IMG/VR virus record: IMGVR_UViG_2814123177_000001 | DNA: 64,000 bases | Source: an uncultured virus (IMG/VR IMGVR_UViG_2814123177_000001) | Taxonomy: Duplodnaviria > Heunggongvirae > Uroviricota > Caudoviricetes | Direction: 5' to 3' (one strand) | Part shown: positions 26,479 through 36,602 of the stretch, one piece after another | How positions within the stretch are numbered: the stretch's first letter is position 1 | How the letters are laid out: the number at the start of each line of letters is the position of its first letter | Made by a program: the position numbers and the translations under genes | Notes under the pieces: generated by a model | What the model was told of the DNA's origin: nothing | Database searches by the model: none | Seen by the model: only the letters and a program-made list of their open reading frames with translations

Positions 26479-27494
26479 TACGCAGTATATACGTCTGCGT
26501 GGAAGATTAAGGACGGTTTTTCCAGCGCTGGGAACCCGGCAGCAACCGCACGTAAAATTGATTGAATTGGCTCGTCTTTGTCCTTCGCTTCAAGCACGAT
26601 ACCTGGTTGGAAATCGTTCTCTACGGTTGGACCTAGTAAAAATTCGCCAATACCTTCGGACAGCATTACGATTCTGTTAGCAGGCATAAATTCGATAACT
26701 TCGTCGTTTCCTGTGTAAATATCTTTTACCGTAACTTTGCGATCAGTAACAACTTGAACTGGTGGTAATCCAAATCCACCTAATACTTCGTTTAGTTCCG
26801 CTTGACTTACTCGAGTAGAACCGACCGGGCGACCTGCTTCTGTAACGATAATCTTATTCGTTAGCAATTTCGCTTGCGCTTCGCGACTCATTAAAATAAC
26901 AGACGGCGATTGACCATTAGTTGCTTCGTAAGTGGCTACGAATCCAAGTAAGTCTGCAATTACATCGCGATCTGCTTCGTTCCAATCTGCACCTGCTGTT
27001 AACGCAACCTTATGCTCGGCTGGCACTCCGAAATCAACGGAAACTTTAACACCATTTTTGTTATATGCGAAGTTACCTTTCGTTAGTGCTTCCATTTTAA
27101 TAACGTCGATACGTCGTTGGATTGCGTTAACAAGGTCAACACCTTTAAGCGTTAACTTATCAACCATTGCAGCATGCTCGCCATCATTACGCGCTTGATG
27201 TAACGCAAGTAATTCCTCTTCCGTAGCGATATATTTTAAACCCATTTTCGCGATTTCGCCCATTTTAGAAGCAACTGCGTCACGGTCAACAACTGGTGGC
27301 TCTGAACCGTAACCAATCATTGCGCCAATATATTTATTCGTTTTGATAATGTCGTATGAGAAAGTATTTGAGTACGTATTAGCATTCGGTAAGAAACGAT
27401 CTCCTAACGTTGGAACTGCGTCTTGAACGGATGCATCAACAAGTCCGCGAAGTGATGGTTTTTGAAATTCTTTTAAGTGTGTAATACCTGCCAT
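26478..27494 (-). CDS. Major capsid protein (lambda gpE-like family)
   Basis: 338 aa; VDFGVP; follows scaffold and decoration genes. Confidence 0.85.
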   Translation of the reverse strand: MAGITHLKEFQKPSLRGLVDASVQDAVPTLGDRFLPNANTYSNTFSYDIIKTNKYIGAMIGYGSEPPVVDRDAVASKMGEIAKMGLKYIATEEELLALHQARNDGEHAAMVDKLTLKGVDLVNAIQRRIDVIKMEALTKGNFAYNKNGVKVSVDFGVPAEHKVALTAGADWNEADRDVIADLLGFVATYEATNGQSPSVILMSREAQAKLLTNKIIVTEAGRPVGSTRVSQAELNEVLGGFGLPPVQVVTDRKVTVKDIYTGNDEVIEFMPANRIVMLSEGIGEFLLGPTVENDFQPGIVLEAKDKDEPIQSILRAVAAGFPALEKPSLIFHADVYTA

Positions 27495-27533
27495 TATTAT
27501 TTCCTCCTAAAATTGAGTAGTTTTATTTGCTAA

Positions 27534-27893
27534 TTAAATGTGTTTTACAAAACGGATATTAGGTACTTCTGCTTTAAATGCGTCTGTTGCCCCAACTAAT
27601 TTAGCGTCATAAACAGAACCTCTAACAATAACTTCACCAACAATTGCGTCGTAAGTTGTTGCGTCTGCGTCGACATTAAGAATGCCAAAATCATCGTAAT
27701 TAGCAACGTCTGCATCTACGAATTTTACCCATTTACCTGTTGAAGTTTCACGAGCAATTGCCTGACCTACTGCAAGAGCACCTTGCCCCGCTTTAAGGGT
27801 TACGCCAGCCTCAACGAATTGAAAATGTTCGGAAGCTAGAATGTTTTTTCCGCCTTTGAATGACGTTTGAGAAGTTTGTAAGTTGTATGCCAT
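27534..27893 (-). CDS. Head decoration protein
   Basis: 119 aa between scaffold and MCP. Confidence 0.65.
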   Translation of the reverse strand: MAYNLQTSQTSFKGGKNILASEHFQFVEAGVTLKAGQGALAVGQAIARETSTGKWVKFVDADVANYDDFGILNVDADATTYDAIVGEVIVRGSVYDAKLVGATDAFKAEVPNIRFVKHI

Positions 27894-27917
27894 TTCGGTT
27901 TTCCTCCTAGTATTGTT

Positions 27918-28487
27918 TTATCGGCGAATTTTTCCCGCCGCTTTTAATCGTTCGTAAAGTGAACGTCCTTCTTCCGCTGGGTCTTTCGCTGGTGGTTGTT
28001 GCCTTTGCGGATTACTAACGCTAGGGTCAACGCCACCGAATTTCGGCGGAATGTCTTGCTTTAATTCTTCGAGTGATGCTTTTATTGCATCTTCGTCGGC
28101 GCCAACAATATATTTGCGTACGCGTTCTAATTGCTCGCCAGTGTAGCCGGCATTAACGAGCAAATTAGTTTTGAGGGATTCGATCTTACTTTGCTCCGCC
28201 TCTTTGCGGATTTGTTCGAGTTCTTGTTTCGTAGTCTCATATAGAGACTTGAACTCATTTTGCTCTTCTAACTTCCTACGTTCTGCTTCTTGTTTTGCTG
28301 TTTCTAATTCGGCTAACTTACGTTTTAATTCGTTAGCTTCATCGACCTTCTGCTTAAAGCGATCGTAAGGAATTTTGTTGTCGACTTCGTTTGTATCGGG
28401 TTTTTGCGCCTCCGCAGGCTGATCGTCGACTATATCTTCGGAAAAGTGTTGTAAATTTAGTTTTAATAACTTAATTGGTTGTTTCAT
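27918..28487 (-). CDS. Capsid scaffold protein
   Basis: LKLNLQHF (Prp-cleavage-like motif), IPYDRF, coiled coil. Confidence 0.8.
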   Translation of the reverse strand: MKQPIKLLKLNLQHFSEDIVDDQPAEAQKPDTNEVDNKIPYDRFKQKVDEANELKRKLAELETAKQEAERRKLEEQNEFKSLYETTKQELEQIRKEAEQSKIESLKTNLLVNAGYTGEQLERVRKYIVGADEDAIKASLEELKQDIPPKFGGVDPSVSNPQRQQPPAKDPAEEGRSLYERLKAAGKIRR

Positions 28488-28532
28488 AATAACCTCCGCT
28501 TAACGTCTCTCGGACGAGAATTTGACGTCAGT

Positions 28533-30101
28533 TTATATCGACGTATCGTCACCGGTCGAATTTACTTCACTATACGGGTCTTCTGAAATTCTTCGCTGTA
28601 CAGATTCGTTATTTACTTCTTGTTTCTTGGCGTTTACATTCTCAACCCCTAGGCGATTCATTGCACCCGCGATTGACTCGAATCCTGCGCTAGTTTCTAA
28701 AGTTAGTAACTCGACAAGTTCTTTTCGATTGTCCGGTAACGGCAATACGAATTTAATTTCGTTCTCATAGTCCGTTCCGATAGATTTAACGACTTCACGG
28801 TCGTAACCGAATTTCGAACGATCAGTACGAGCCTGCAAATATCGAATAGTCTTTTCGTGCAATTCTTCCAATCGAGGACCCCAAGACAACCAGTGTTCTT
28901 CCGTTTCTTGAATAATCTCTTGAAATAAAACATGCAGTGCATCCGCGTTTAATCCCCCGAAGTTTAACTCTTGCGGAACAATTTGCGGAAGTGATGTTAT
29001 CTCATGCAAAGCTGACTTAACGCGTGAATATTGATCCTTAAACGCTTCTTTCCACCGAAATCCGCCTTCGATTTTCTTGATATCCGGTGTAGCACCTTCT
29101 ATCGATCCTTTTGCTTCGACTGCTCCACCCGGCTCAATACGAACCTTATCGATTGTACCCTCCGGAACATTTAAGAACGCCGTCATAGAAAACATTTCGA
29201 ATTTAAGCGAATCTATTGCGTCTTCGTTCATTTTGTTAAGTACGTCCGTTTGCTCTTTCATATCATCGATTTCCGTGCTATCCGCTACTTCTCCGCTTAA
29301 ATCAGATACCGGAAACAAAACGACAGGAATGAAATCAAGTTCCATCGATTGCTTTTTCGTAATTGTTTTCTGCAATGTCAAATCGGTCGTATATATACCT
29401 TCTTCGAGATAACAGACACCATTTTCGATACTGAACGTTTGTTTTTGAATTACTTCGATATCCTTAATCGTCTTAAACGTGACGAAGTGTACTGCGATTA
29501 ATTCTTCGAAATCATCATCGGAATAAACAGGAATAATTTCCGTATCGGGGCGAAACACCCACTTTATTTTTCCAGTATTCGGATTGAACATGATTTTACA
29601 GCCAACTCTACCGGCGATTAAACGGTCACGAGCAGCTTGTAGTAACTTTTCGCGCATTTTATTTTCGCGCCAAATCTGATACAACAATCGTTCATAGTTT
29701 TCCGCTCGGTCATTTTCGCTTTTTTGCGCTTCACTAGGCGTATATTCCGGTTTAACCGCGTCGATAATGCTGTCGATTTGTTTAGGCGATACGGAAATTC
29801 CGTGCTGACCACCCATTTGCCATCGTGCTTTACGCTTAATGAACGACTTAAAATAATTCGTGGCGTAGCGTGTTGGGTCATAATCGAGTCCTGGCGGTCT
29901 TTCCAATTCGGACGCCTTAACGAGTTGTCCTGTCCTTGGATCAACGTGCTGCTTTCCTTCGTAGTATTCATAGTTTCTTATTTGTCGTTGCATGCGCTCA
30001 ACTGTCGCTTTACCTAGTGCTTGTTGATACGGCGAGAATAATAATTCGTCCATATCCGGCGCGGACATTAAGTTATAATCCGCTAGAACATTAAATGGCA
30101 T
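28533..30101 (-). CDS. Portal protein (SPP1-like)
   Basis: YEYYEGKQH, FIPVVLFP; follows TerL. Confidence 0.85.
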   Translation of the reverse strand: MPFNVLADYNLMSAPDMDELLFSPYQQALGKATVERMQRQIRNYEYYEGKQHVDPRTGQLVKASELERPPGLDYDPTRYATNYFKSFIKRKARWQMGGQHGISVSPKQIDSIIDAVKPEYTPSEAQKSENDRAENYERLLYQIWRENKMREKLLQAARDRLIAGRVGCKIMFNPNTGKIKWVFRPDTEIIPVYSDDDFEELIAVHFVTFKTIKDIEVIQKQTFSIENGVCYLEEGIYTTDLTLQKTITKKQSMELDFIPVVLFPVSDLSGEVADSTEIDDMKEQTDVLNKMNEDAIDSLKFEMFSMTAFLNVPEGTIDKVRIEPGGAVEAKGSIEGATPDIKKIEGGFRWKEAFKDQYSRVKSALHEITSLPQIVPQELNFGGLNADALHVLFQEIIQETEEHWLSWGPRLEELHEKTIRYLQARTDRSKFGYDREVVKSIGTDYENEIKFVLPLPDNRKELVELLTLETSAGFESIAGAMNRLGVENVNAKKQEVNNESVQRRISEDPYSEVNSTGDDTSI

Positions 30102-30122
30102 TTAAACGCCTCCTTTCGCTTG

Positions 30123-31829
30123 TTATCGCGTTCTTTTCGCTATCGACCGTACTGATACCTTAGTACCCTTAGCGAGCTTATATGCGTCTGCTAATGCGTC
30201 TGGACCATCGTCATGATTATGGTTCGGGTACAGTTCGAACATTTCGAGTAATAATCGATGCTCTTTCTTAAATCGGATACGACCGCTTTGTACGTCGGGC
30301 AATAACGCCTCGATACGCAATGCCTTCCGCGTTTTTTGCTTAACCTTGCTAAGTCGTGTTTGCGCGGGATAGCCGTGTTTTTGTAATTCTTCTTGCAGCT
30401 TATCTGCGAACCATTCCTGCGCTTGTTGAGCCTCAACCGCTAATCCTTCATATTGATACTTCAACGTTCTTTTAACGATTTCTTGCATGAATTTATCCGG
30501 CTTTACTCGCTCTAAGAAACAATCAATAACGTAACAAACGCCGGTATCTTGTTTTCTTGCGATTGAGATAAATGCCGAGTAATCGCCTTTTTCCTTACCC
30601 ATCGCAAAGTCTGCCGCGGCATATAAGTCACATTGTGTTAAATCTAAGTCGTAGTCTTCGTAGTAAGTAAATTCGTCAATTTTAAATATCTGCGATTCCT
30701 CATCGACTGGATTGCCGAGATATTCTTGGTTGAAAGCTCGCGCGCCCATCGATTCGCGTTTCTCCATGAAATATTTATAACTATACGCTTGTGGCCAAAG
30801 GACCTTCGTGCCTCGATCCATTTCCGCTTTGTTTGCTTCGTAAAACGAATCCGCATTTATCTTCGCGTCTTTATCATCAGCGTTATAAATCTTGCGCCAT
30901 TCTTCCCATAAATCTTCGCGTTCAGACCACGAAAGGATTGCTGGGAACTTCTTTGATACGAAGTCTTTGCGTTTAGTTAGTACGTGATTAAGGAGCGAAT
31001 CGTAATGAACGATTGTACCCATGTAAATACACTTGCCGCCAAACCCCAACGCCTCTAACATTTCCGAACGGAACCAATGCAAGTTCTTTGCACGTAGTTC
31101 GGGCGTATTCGTATTCTCGCCGCTTTCTAAATCGTCCAGGATGAAAATTCCAGGGCGTTCGGAAAGATGGCGGAGTCCTCTCATTTGCGTTCCAATACCT
31201 TTCGCTTCCACCTTCGTACCCGCCGACGTAATGAATTCGTATTTATTATCGACTTCATTCATCGAAGGACGCGGATGCAATAAAGGACCGAAATCGTCGC
31301 GAAGCTTTTCGTTAAACTTCAACTGATTTACGGTCCATTTAATAAAGTCGCCGGCAACGTCGGTCGTTTCGGAAACTTCTACGATGTATTTTTGATGCCT
31401 AAACGCGCATTGATGCGCCAAGTAGGAATTCGATAAGTAAGCCGTTTTCGCATGCCGTCGTCCTACCGACCAGCCTACGTTCGTTTCTTGTTCTCCGCGT
31501 GTCACTTCGTCGAGCAGCGAGCAAAGCGTTACGTGAAAGTCCGCCGCATCTTCGTATCGCTGTCCTTCCGGAATCAAGTTCGACGGGTTTTCCGGGTTGC
31601 AGTCCGCGCTAAAATATTCGTACGTAAAGTAAAGTAAATCGTACTCGGCGCGATGTACCCGGTTAAGTTTTTTCAATTCCGCCGCGTCTTGCATCATGAT
31701 ATCGATATGTGATTCGGTCGCATTGCCTGTTTCGTATAATTTGCGAATTTTAAGCACGCGTTCCTTTAACAAGTCGATACGAGCTTGACGGGCTTCTCGG
31801 TCGAGCCATTTTCCGTCTATATACGCCAT
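30123..31829 (-). CDS. terL: Terminase large subunit
   Basis: GRRHAKT, ILDDLE, FNQEYLGNP, GDYSA, HDDGPDAL. Confidence 0.92.
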   Translation of the reverse strand: MAYIDGKWLDREARQARIDLLKERVLKIRKLYETGNATESHIDIMMQDAAELKKLNRVHRAEYDLLYFTYEYFSADCNPENPSNLIPEGQRYEDAADFHVTLCSLLDEVTRGEQETNVGWSVGRRHAKTAYLSNSYLAHQCAFRHQKYIVEVSETTDVAGDFIKWTVNQLKFNEKLRDDFGPLLHPRPSMNEVDNKYEFITSAGTKVEAKGIGTQMRGLRHLSERPGIFILDDLESGENTNTPELRAKNLHWFRSEMLEALGFGGKCIYMGTIVHYDSLLNHVLTKRKDFVSKKFPAILSWSEREDLWEEWRKIYNADDKDAKINADSFYEANKAEMDRGTKVLWPQAYSYKYFMEKRESMGARAFNQEYLGNPVDEESQIFKIDEFTYYEDYDLDLTQCDLYAAADFAMGKEKGDYSAFISIARKQDTGVCYVIDCFLERVKPDKFMQEIVKRTLKYQYEGLAVEAQQAQEWFADKLQEELQKHGYPAQTRLSKVKQKTRKALRIEALLPDVQSGRIRFKKEHRLLLEMFELYPNHNHDDGPDALADAYKLAKGTKVSVRSIAKRTR

Positions 31830-31845
31830 CCACCCGTCACCTCCC

Positions 31846-32280
31846 TTATTTGTTTTCGTCTTTAAGCAGCGAATCTAATTCCGCTAGCTGGCGTTTAATT
31901 TCGGCCTCACTGCGTTGGGCGTTGTCGTTATTCTCGACGATCGTCTTATCCGTCAGCAAACTAAATCGGCGCATAAACAAATCGATTGCCTTAACGCTCG
32001 GCTGATCGCTTTCGATTAGCTTCAACAATTGTCCGTAAACCTTCGACCGCTTTTCGCTAAGGAAATCGTCGCTGATTTCGTTTTTATATTCGATAAAATT
32101 GCGATTCTTCGTTTTCCATTCCCAAATCGTTTTATAGGTCACGCCTACCTCTTCGGCAATTTCAGCGTAAGATAATTTCGATTCATCTTTGTTCGACTTC
32201 AAATCGTTTTCGACGAGCATATACGCTGCTTTCTTTTGCTGCTCCGTTAATTTTGCTGCGAGTTCTTGTAATCGGCTCAT
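31846..32280 (-). CDS. terS: Terminase small subunit (phBC6A51-type HTH)
   Basis: LTEQQKKAA...EIAEEVGVTYKTIWEWK; upstream of TerL. Confidence 0.75.
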   Translation of the reverse strand: MSRLQELAAKLTEQQKKAAYMLVENDLKSNKDESKLSYAEIAEEVGVTYKTIWEWKTKNRNFIEYKNEISDDFLSEKRSKVYGQLLKLIESDQPSVKAIDLFMRRFSLLTDKTIVENNDNAQRSEAEIKRQLAELDSLLKDENK

Positions 32281-32342
32281 TTCGTTGCCCCTCCTTCGGT
32301 TTATTTTTGCGCATAGAAAAAGGCAACCGGCTGTGCGTCCGA

Positions 32343-32897
32343 TTACCCTTTGCGTTCTTTTAAGTATTTGTATAACGTTGTTTTTCCAATGCCGGTCATT
32401 TCCGTAATTTCCGGCACGGTATAGTCGCCACTGTCATATAGTCGCAGCGCTTTGTCTACTGCGTCATTCTTGGCGCTTGGTCGTCCGCCTTTGCGTCCGC
32501 GTGCCCTCGCCGACTCTAAGCCCGCCTTAGTACGCTCGCTTATGATATCGCGTTCTAATTCCGCAATAGAAGCCATTGTGCGAAAGAAGAACCGCCCCAT
32601 TGCCGTTGACGTGTCGATTTTATCCTGGATTGATTCGAAGTCCACTCCGGCAGCCTCGAACGTTTCTGTCAATTCGATGAGATGCTTCGTTGACCGTGAA
32701 ATACGATCGAGTTTATATACGACTATCTTGTCGCCTTTTCGCATCTTGCCGAGCATTTCGTTTAACTTCGGTCGGTCTTTCTTTGTGCCGCTTATTTTTT
32801 CGACGAATAATTCGTCCACTCCGATTTTAGTTAACGCATCAATTTGCAAATCCAACGATTGATCTTCCGTACTAACACGCGCATATCCAAACAACAT
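32343..32897 (-). CDS. Small serine resolvase/invertase
   Basis: GYARVST, LDRISRS, GRKGGRP, C-terminal HTH. Confidence 0.95.
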   Translation of the reverse strand: MLFGYARVSTEDQSLDLQIDALTKIGVDELFVEKISGTKKDRPKLNEMLGKMRKGDKIVVYKLDRISRSTKHLIELTETFEAAGVDFESIQDKIDTSTAMGRFFFRTMASIAELERDIISERTKAGLESARARGRKGGRPSAKNDAVDKALRLYDSGDYTVPEITEMTGIGKTTLYKYLKERKG

Positions 32898-32949
32898 TTC
32901 CGACGCCTCCGTTTTCGTTTCTTTTCGTCTGTACTTCGTTTATAATTCG

Positions 32950-32978
32950 ATTGTACACGAAACGAGTGATTGCGTCAA
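32950..32978 (-). promoter_or_regulatory. SigA promoter of the resolvase, probably within a res site
   Basis: TTGACG-N17-TACAAT. Confidence 0.6.
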
Positions 32979-33437
32979 TAGATTTACGGACGTTTTACGG
33001 AAGATTTATTCGACGCCCCGAGTTTGAAAATTTTGCGAGAAAGTTTCCGGCACCAGGAGCGATTTGTTTTTCTGGACCGCCCCGGCCCCTTCCGCTTTCA
33101 TCGTTCGTTTAACGGTTTGCATTTCCGAACTCCGAACGTTGATTAACGAACGGCTTTTCGAACTGTATAATCGGCATTAATGCGTTACAATCATCGTGTT
33201 ACTCATTCGTTCAGTAAACGGTCGTTAAACGAACGATTATACTTTGCAATACGTGAGCAACCCCGTGAGTTTGACAAGCGTCTCTCCTTCGACGACCGAA
33301 AGCTGGTTGTAGTTACGGTAGATAACCGCATAGCATGCGTATTATTCCGAGTTCCTACTATTATATTGTATGCGTATATACGGGCGTAATATGGTGCGTT
33401 ATTTCCTACCATACTTTACACGATATTTATGCGCCTA

Positions 33438-33668
33438 ATTCCCGCTCATAGGAATCGGGCGTCATATTATTCTCTTTCATCGCTTACGCTCTTTTATTTG
33501 CAATAAGATATATGCAATAATAACTACAGCGTCTATTTACGAAAGTAAATGGGCGCAATCTTTATTATTATTAATTTGTTCTTGTTAATTTGTTCTTATT
33601 ATATTCCCGTTCATAGGAATTGATTAATTCCCATTCGTAGGAATCGAATGATTCCCGTTGGTAGGAAT
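33438..33668. repeat. Four 18-bp ATTCC-N8-GGAAT repeats plus AT-rich repeats (iteron-like)
   Basis: Copies at 33438, 33603, 33627, 33651 (24-bp period for the last three); ttaatttgttctt x2. Confidence 0.8.
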
Positions 33669-33677
33669 CGGGCAACT

Positions 33678-34064
33678 TTACGCCTCATCTTTCCGTTCAT
33701 ACAACGGCATATACATTTTCTTCGTATGTCCATACCACGGAATCTTTCGCGTAATCATTACGCCTTCACTAACGAGTATGTCGAATAATCCTTTTATGCG
33801 GTCTTTATGAATGCCGGTATCCTCTGCGATCTGAGTCACGCTAGGAAACGCCCATAAATACGCCTGCTGCTCGCTCTGTCCATTTACGTAGGCATGAACG
33901 TACATATACAGCGTAAGGCAATCACGGGCTTTCTTACCGTCGTATTTCGTCTTTAATTCCGGCAATAACTCACGGTAAATAAAATGTGGTATCGGCGCAT
34001 AACCGCCTTTCAACACGCGCTCTTTTTGGCGCATGGCTTCGAGCTGTTCCTTCGATAGATTCAT
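33678..34064 (-). CDS. Winged-HTH DNA-binding protein
   Basis: WAFPSVTQIAEDTGI motif typical of initiator-type HTH. Confidence 0.7.
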   Translation of the reverse strand: MNLSKEQLEAMRQKERVLKGGYAPIPHFIYRELLPELKTKYDGKKARDCLTLYMYVHAYVNGQSEQQAYLWAFPSVTQIAEDTGIHKDRIKGLFDILVSEGVMITRKIPWYGHTKKMYMPLYERKDEA

Positions 34065-34316
34065 CGTATCGTCCTCCGTTTATAAGAATTCAATTTAACG
34101 CGCTGGCTGATCTGCGGCTTGTTACGCGGGTCTTTTCGCAGCCCATTCGCTCAACAATCGATGTAATTCGTCGGTGCGTTTATATTGCCAAAACTTACGC
34201 ATTGTCTTTTCGTTTAGACCTGCGCAAATATAGCGCTGGTTGTGCTCCGTTAGGAATGCGTGTAGCTTAATCGAATAGCAATAGTAAAATTCGTTCATGT
34301 AAATACCTCCGTTAAA

Positions 34317-34559
34317 TTAAACTTTTTCGTAAGTTTGCTCGAATATATCCGGTTTGCACGGATAGCGTTCGCCTTTCACACCGGTAATAATATAATCACC
34401 TGGAGAAACGATCATATCGCCTTCAAGCGTTTTAATATACGGTTTCATTACCACTCCACGGACGTTTTCTGCTATAGGCGCTAATGTAAAACCGTCCTCT
34501 AACCCTTCTCGATACAGTTCCGCTTCGACTACGACTGGTTTCTTTCGATATTTACTCAT
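34317..34559 (-). CDS. Conserved phage protein (PGDYG-like)
   Basis: KYRKKPVVVEA...IKTLEG...PGDYIITGVKGE.YPCKPDIF. Confidence 0.75.
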   Translation of the reverse strand: MSKYRKKPVVVEAELYREGLEDGFTLAPIAENVRGVVMKPYIKTLEGDMIVSPGDYIITGVKGERYPCKPDIFEQTYEKV

Positions 34560-35113
34560 TCGCTGCCACCTCGCACAGGAAAGTTACCTTGTACTTCGTT
34601 TATAGTCGAAATATATACGGTATGATTTTTACCGTCAGTTACCGTATATCCTTTAGTCGGATGATTAACGTCTTTATCTGCCGGAAATACGTGCCCATTT
34701 CTATGACGTCCTTGCATAATCGCTTCAACGACCTTTTCGGCGTCTTCCGTGCTAATCGGAAGTGAATTCGCAATTATGTTCGCTAAGTTAAATTGCGGCG
34801 CTTCTTCCAGTTCGCGCAATACTTGCGAAGAACTTTCAAGTTCGCGTAGTTCTTTTGCGGCCTTTTTCGCTTCACGTTGCAGCGCTTTAAGTCCGGTAAG
34901 TGCTTCGGAAATGTCTACGTCAACCTTACACGTTAATTCTCCGACTGTTTTTACGTTGTCTTCCTTGAGAAAATAACGACTATCGTTAATGTATAACGTT
35001 ATCCCCTTCGGTTCTTTTTCTACGCCATTAACCTCCGGATAATTCTCGTCTAATACGACCTTTTTTAATACGTCCATTACTACTTCGCGCGACGTTTCGT
35101 TTTTGTCCGCCAT
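34556..35113 (-). CDS. Hypothetical phage protein
   Basis: RBS AAAGGAG before MADKN; coiled coil. Confidence 0.6.
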   Translation of the reverse strand: MADKNETSREVVMDVLKKVVLDENYPEVNGVEKEPKGITLYINDSRYFLKEDNVKTVGELTCKVDVDISEALTGLKALQREAKKAAKELRELESSSQVLRELEEAPQFNLANIIANSLPISTEDAEKVVEAIMQGRHRNGHVFPADKDVNHPTKGYTVTDGKNHTVYISTINEVQGNFPVRGGSE

Positions 35114-35354
35114 GTTCATCGTCTCCTTTGCGTTAAGTAAAATAAAAGCCCGCCGAAGCGAGCGTGACAATATGCGGAATGGCTCCGAAAGGAATCCCGA
35201 AGCTGGATTTTAGCGCCCTAACCGGCGTGATACCATCCGCCTAGTATCGATTAATCTACGATTTTAAGGCGATAATCGTGAACGCAGTTAATTTTTTCGC
35301 TAAAAGGGGCTTACCCACTTTATATACCGCGAAACTAAGCGAAAGTAAGACGAA

Positions 35355-35744
35355 TCACCTTAAATAACTCGCCGACTTGGCGCTCTGCATCGTATTGTCT
35401 GCGTCTATAAACGTCGTCGCTCGCTTGCCGGTTATGTGTGCCGGTCCTATTTCGATTTCCTCGCGCCACCATTCGCGCTTTTTCCTGCGGTCATACTGGC
35501 GATCACTAAGAACCGGCTCGTCTTCGTGCGTCATTTTATGCTCGTTCGGGTCCGTCACTTCCTCGTACAGACACAACGTCGCCAATCGGTCCAATGCGTT
35601 TACTGGCGGTCTTTTCCCATTCGCCGCAATATATTCCTCCGTAAGCCTTTCGATTGCTTCAAATCGTGCACCACGCGGTAAGTTGCCCGCTTTTGTCTGC
35701 GCCCATAATTCGTCTATTTGCGCGTTTAGTTGCTCGTTGTTCAT
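35355..35744 (-). CDS. Hypothetical phage protein
   Basis: Coupled to the upstream sigma-r4 gene. Confidence 0.65.
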   Translation of the reverse strand: MNNEQLNAQIDELWAQTKAGNLPRGARFEAIERLTEEYIAANGKRPPVNALDRLATLCLYEEVTDPNEHKMTHEDEPVLSDRQYDRRKKREWWREEIEIGPAHITGKRATTFIDADNTMQSAKSASYLR

Positions 35745-36106
35745 ACTTCCGCCTCCACTGTCGTATTTTCATCGCTCAAACTGTAACCCTCACCGCGCCT
35801 GCTCCACGCCTCATACACGCGAGCAATCTTCGTCAGCGCCACGTTTACCAACCGATTCACCGTTTGCTTACTTACGCCGAGCTGCTGCGCCGTATCCACT
35901 TGCGACAAGTCCTGGCGAAACACTAACGTCAGTGCTTGCCGTTGCCTTGTCGTTAAGTCCGCACGCTCGATTGCCGTTTCTAAGTCGGCAAGGATAACGC
36001 AAGCATCGTAATCGCCTGCATAACGCCTGCTGACTAGCGCGTGGTAGTCGCCGAGTAATATGCGAACTCCGTCGGCATTGTCGAGCGCTGGGTATTTCGC
36101 TTCCAA
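35741..36106 (-). CDS. Sigma-70 region-4-like HTH protein (putative late activator)
   Basis: LTTRQRQALTLVFRQDLSQVDTAQQLGVSKQTV. Confidence 0.75.
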   Translation of the reverse strand: MEAKYPALDNADGVRILLGDYHALVSRRYAGDYDACVILADLETAIERADLTTRQRQALTLVFRQDLSQVDTAQQLGVSKQTVNRLVNVALTKIARVYEAWSRRGEGYSLSDENTTVEAEV

Positions 36107-36212
36107 TGCGCGCTCCTTTGCGTGTAAATCCGTTTTGACTGTTCCGATAGCAATCAGTCCCCTTTCGCGTTGTCATTTTCGTTCTAATTGCGTATAATGT
36201 TCGTATAAATCA

Positions 36213-36593
36213 ATGATTGGACGTGTTATTATGCCGTTTACTCCGTTAAATTTCGGCGGTCGTGGCGAAGTCGCAATGACGATCGATGTGGCCATGCGCT
36301 TGCGATTTTCTGCCAAAGCCGTTAAAGAATTAGCGTTAACTCAATTTACGCCTGTTGTCGTAAGTGTCGACGTTGAAAATAAGCGAATCGGCGTTGCGAA
36401 ACAAGAACTTGCGAAGGTGCCGAACGCCTCGACTGTGCGCCCTGACAAACGCAATTACCTCGGCACGAAAGCCGGTAAGGACGTTTGCGATAAATTAGCG
36501 CTGACCAAGGCGGACTTGCCAGCGACGTTTAAATACGTAGGGAAAGTCGACGAAGGTACCGTATTTTGGCACGCGTTTGAACTAAACCGTTAG
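36213..36593 (+). CDS. Hypothetical protein, opposite strand
   Basis: Fills the gap between MTase and sigma-r4 genes; upstream TATAAT. Confidence 0.6.
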   Translation: MIGRVIMPFTPLNFGGRGEVAMTIDVAMRLRFSAKAVKELALTQFTPVVVSVDVENKRIGVAKQELAKVPNASTVRPDKRNYLGTKAGKDVCDKLALTKADLPATFKYVGKVDEGTVFWHAFELNR

Positions 36594-36602
36594 GGTGATC
36601 CG

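Noticed and set aside
33147..33160. Possible LexA box CGAACGGCTTTTCG
   Set aside because: Mismatch in the GTTC half-site and no well-spaced promoter
33438..33668. CRISPR array
   Set aside because: Repeats are 18 bp with 6-bp gaps, no unique spacers, no cas operon; the Cas4-like nuclease is a typical solo phage gene
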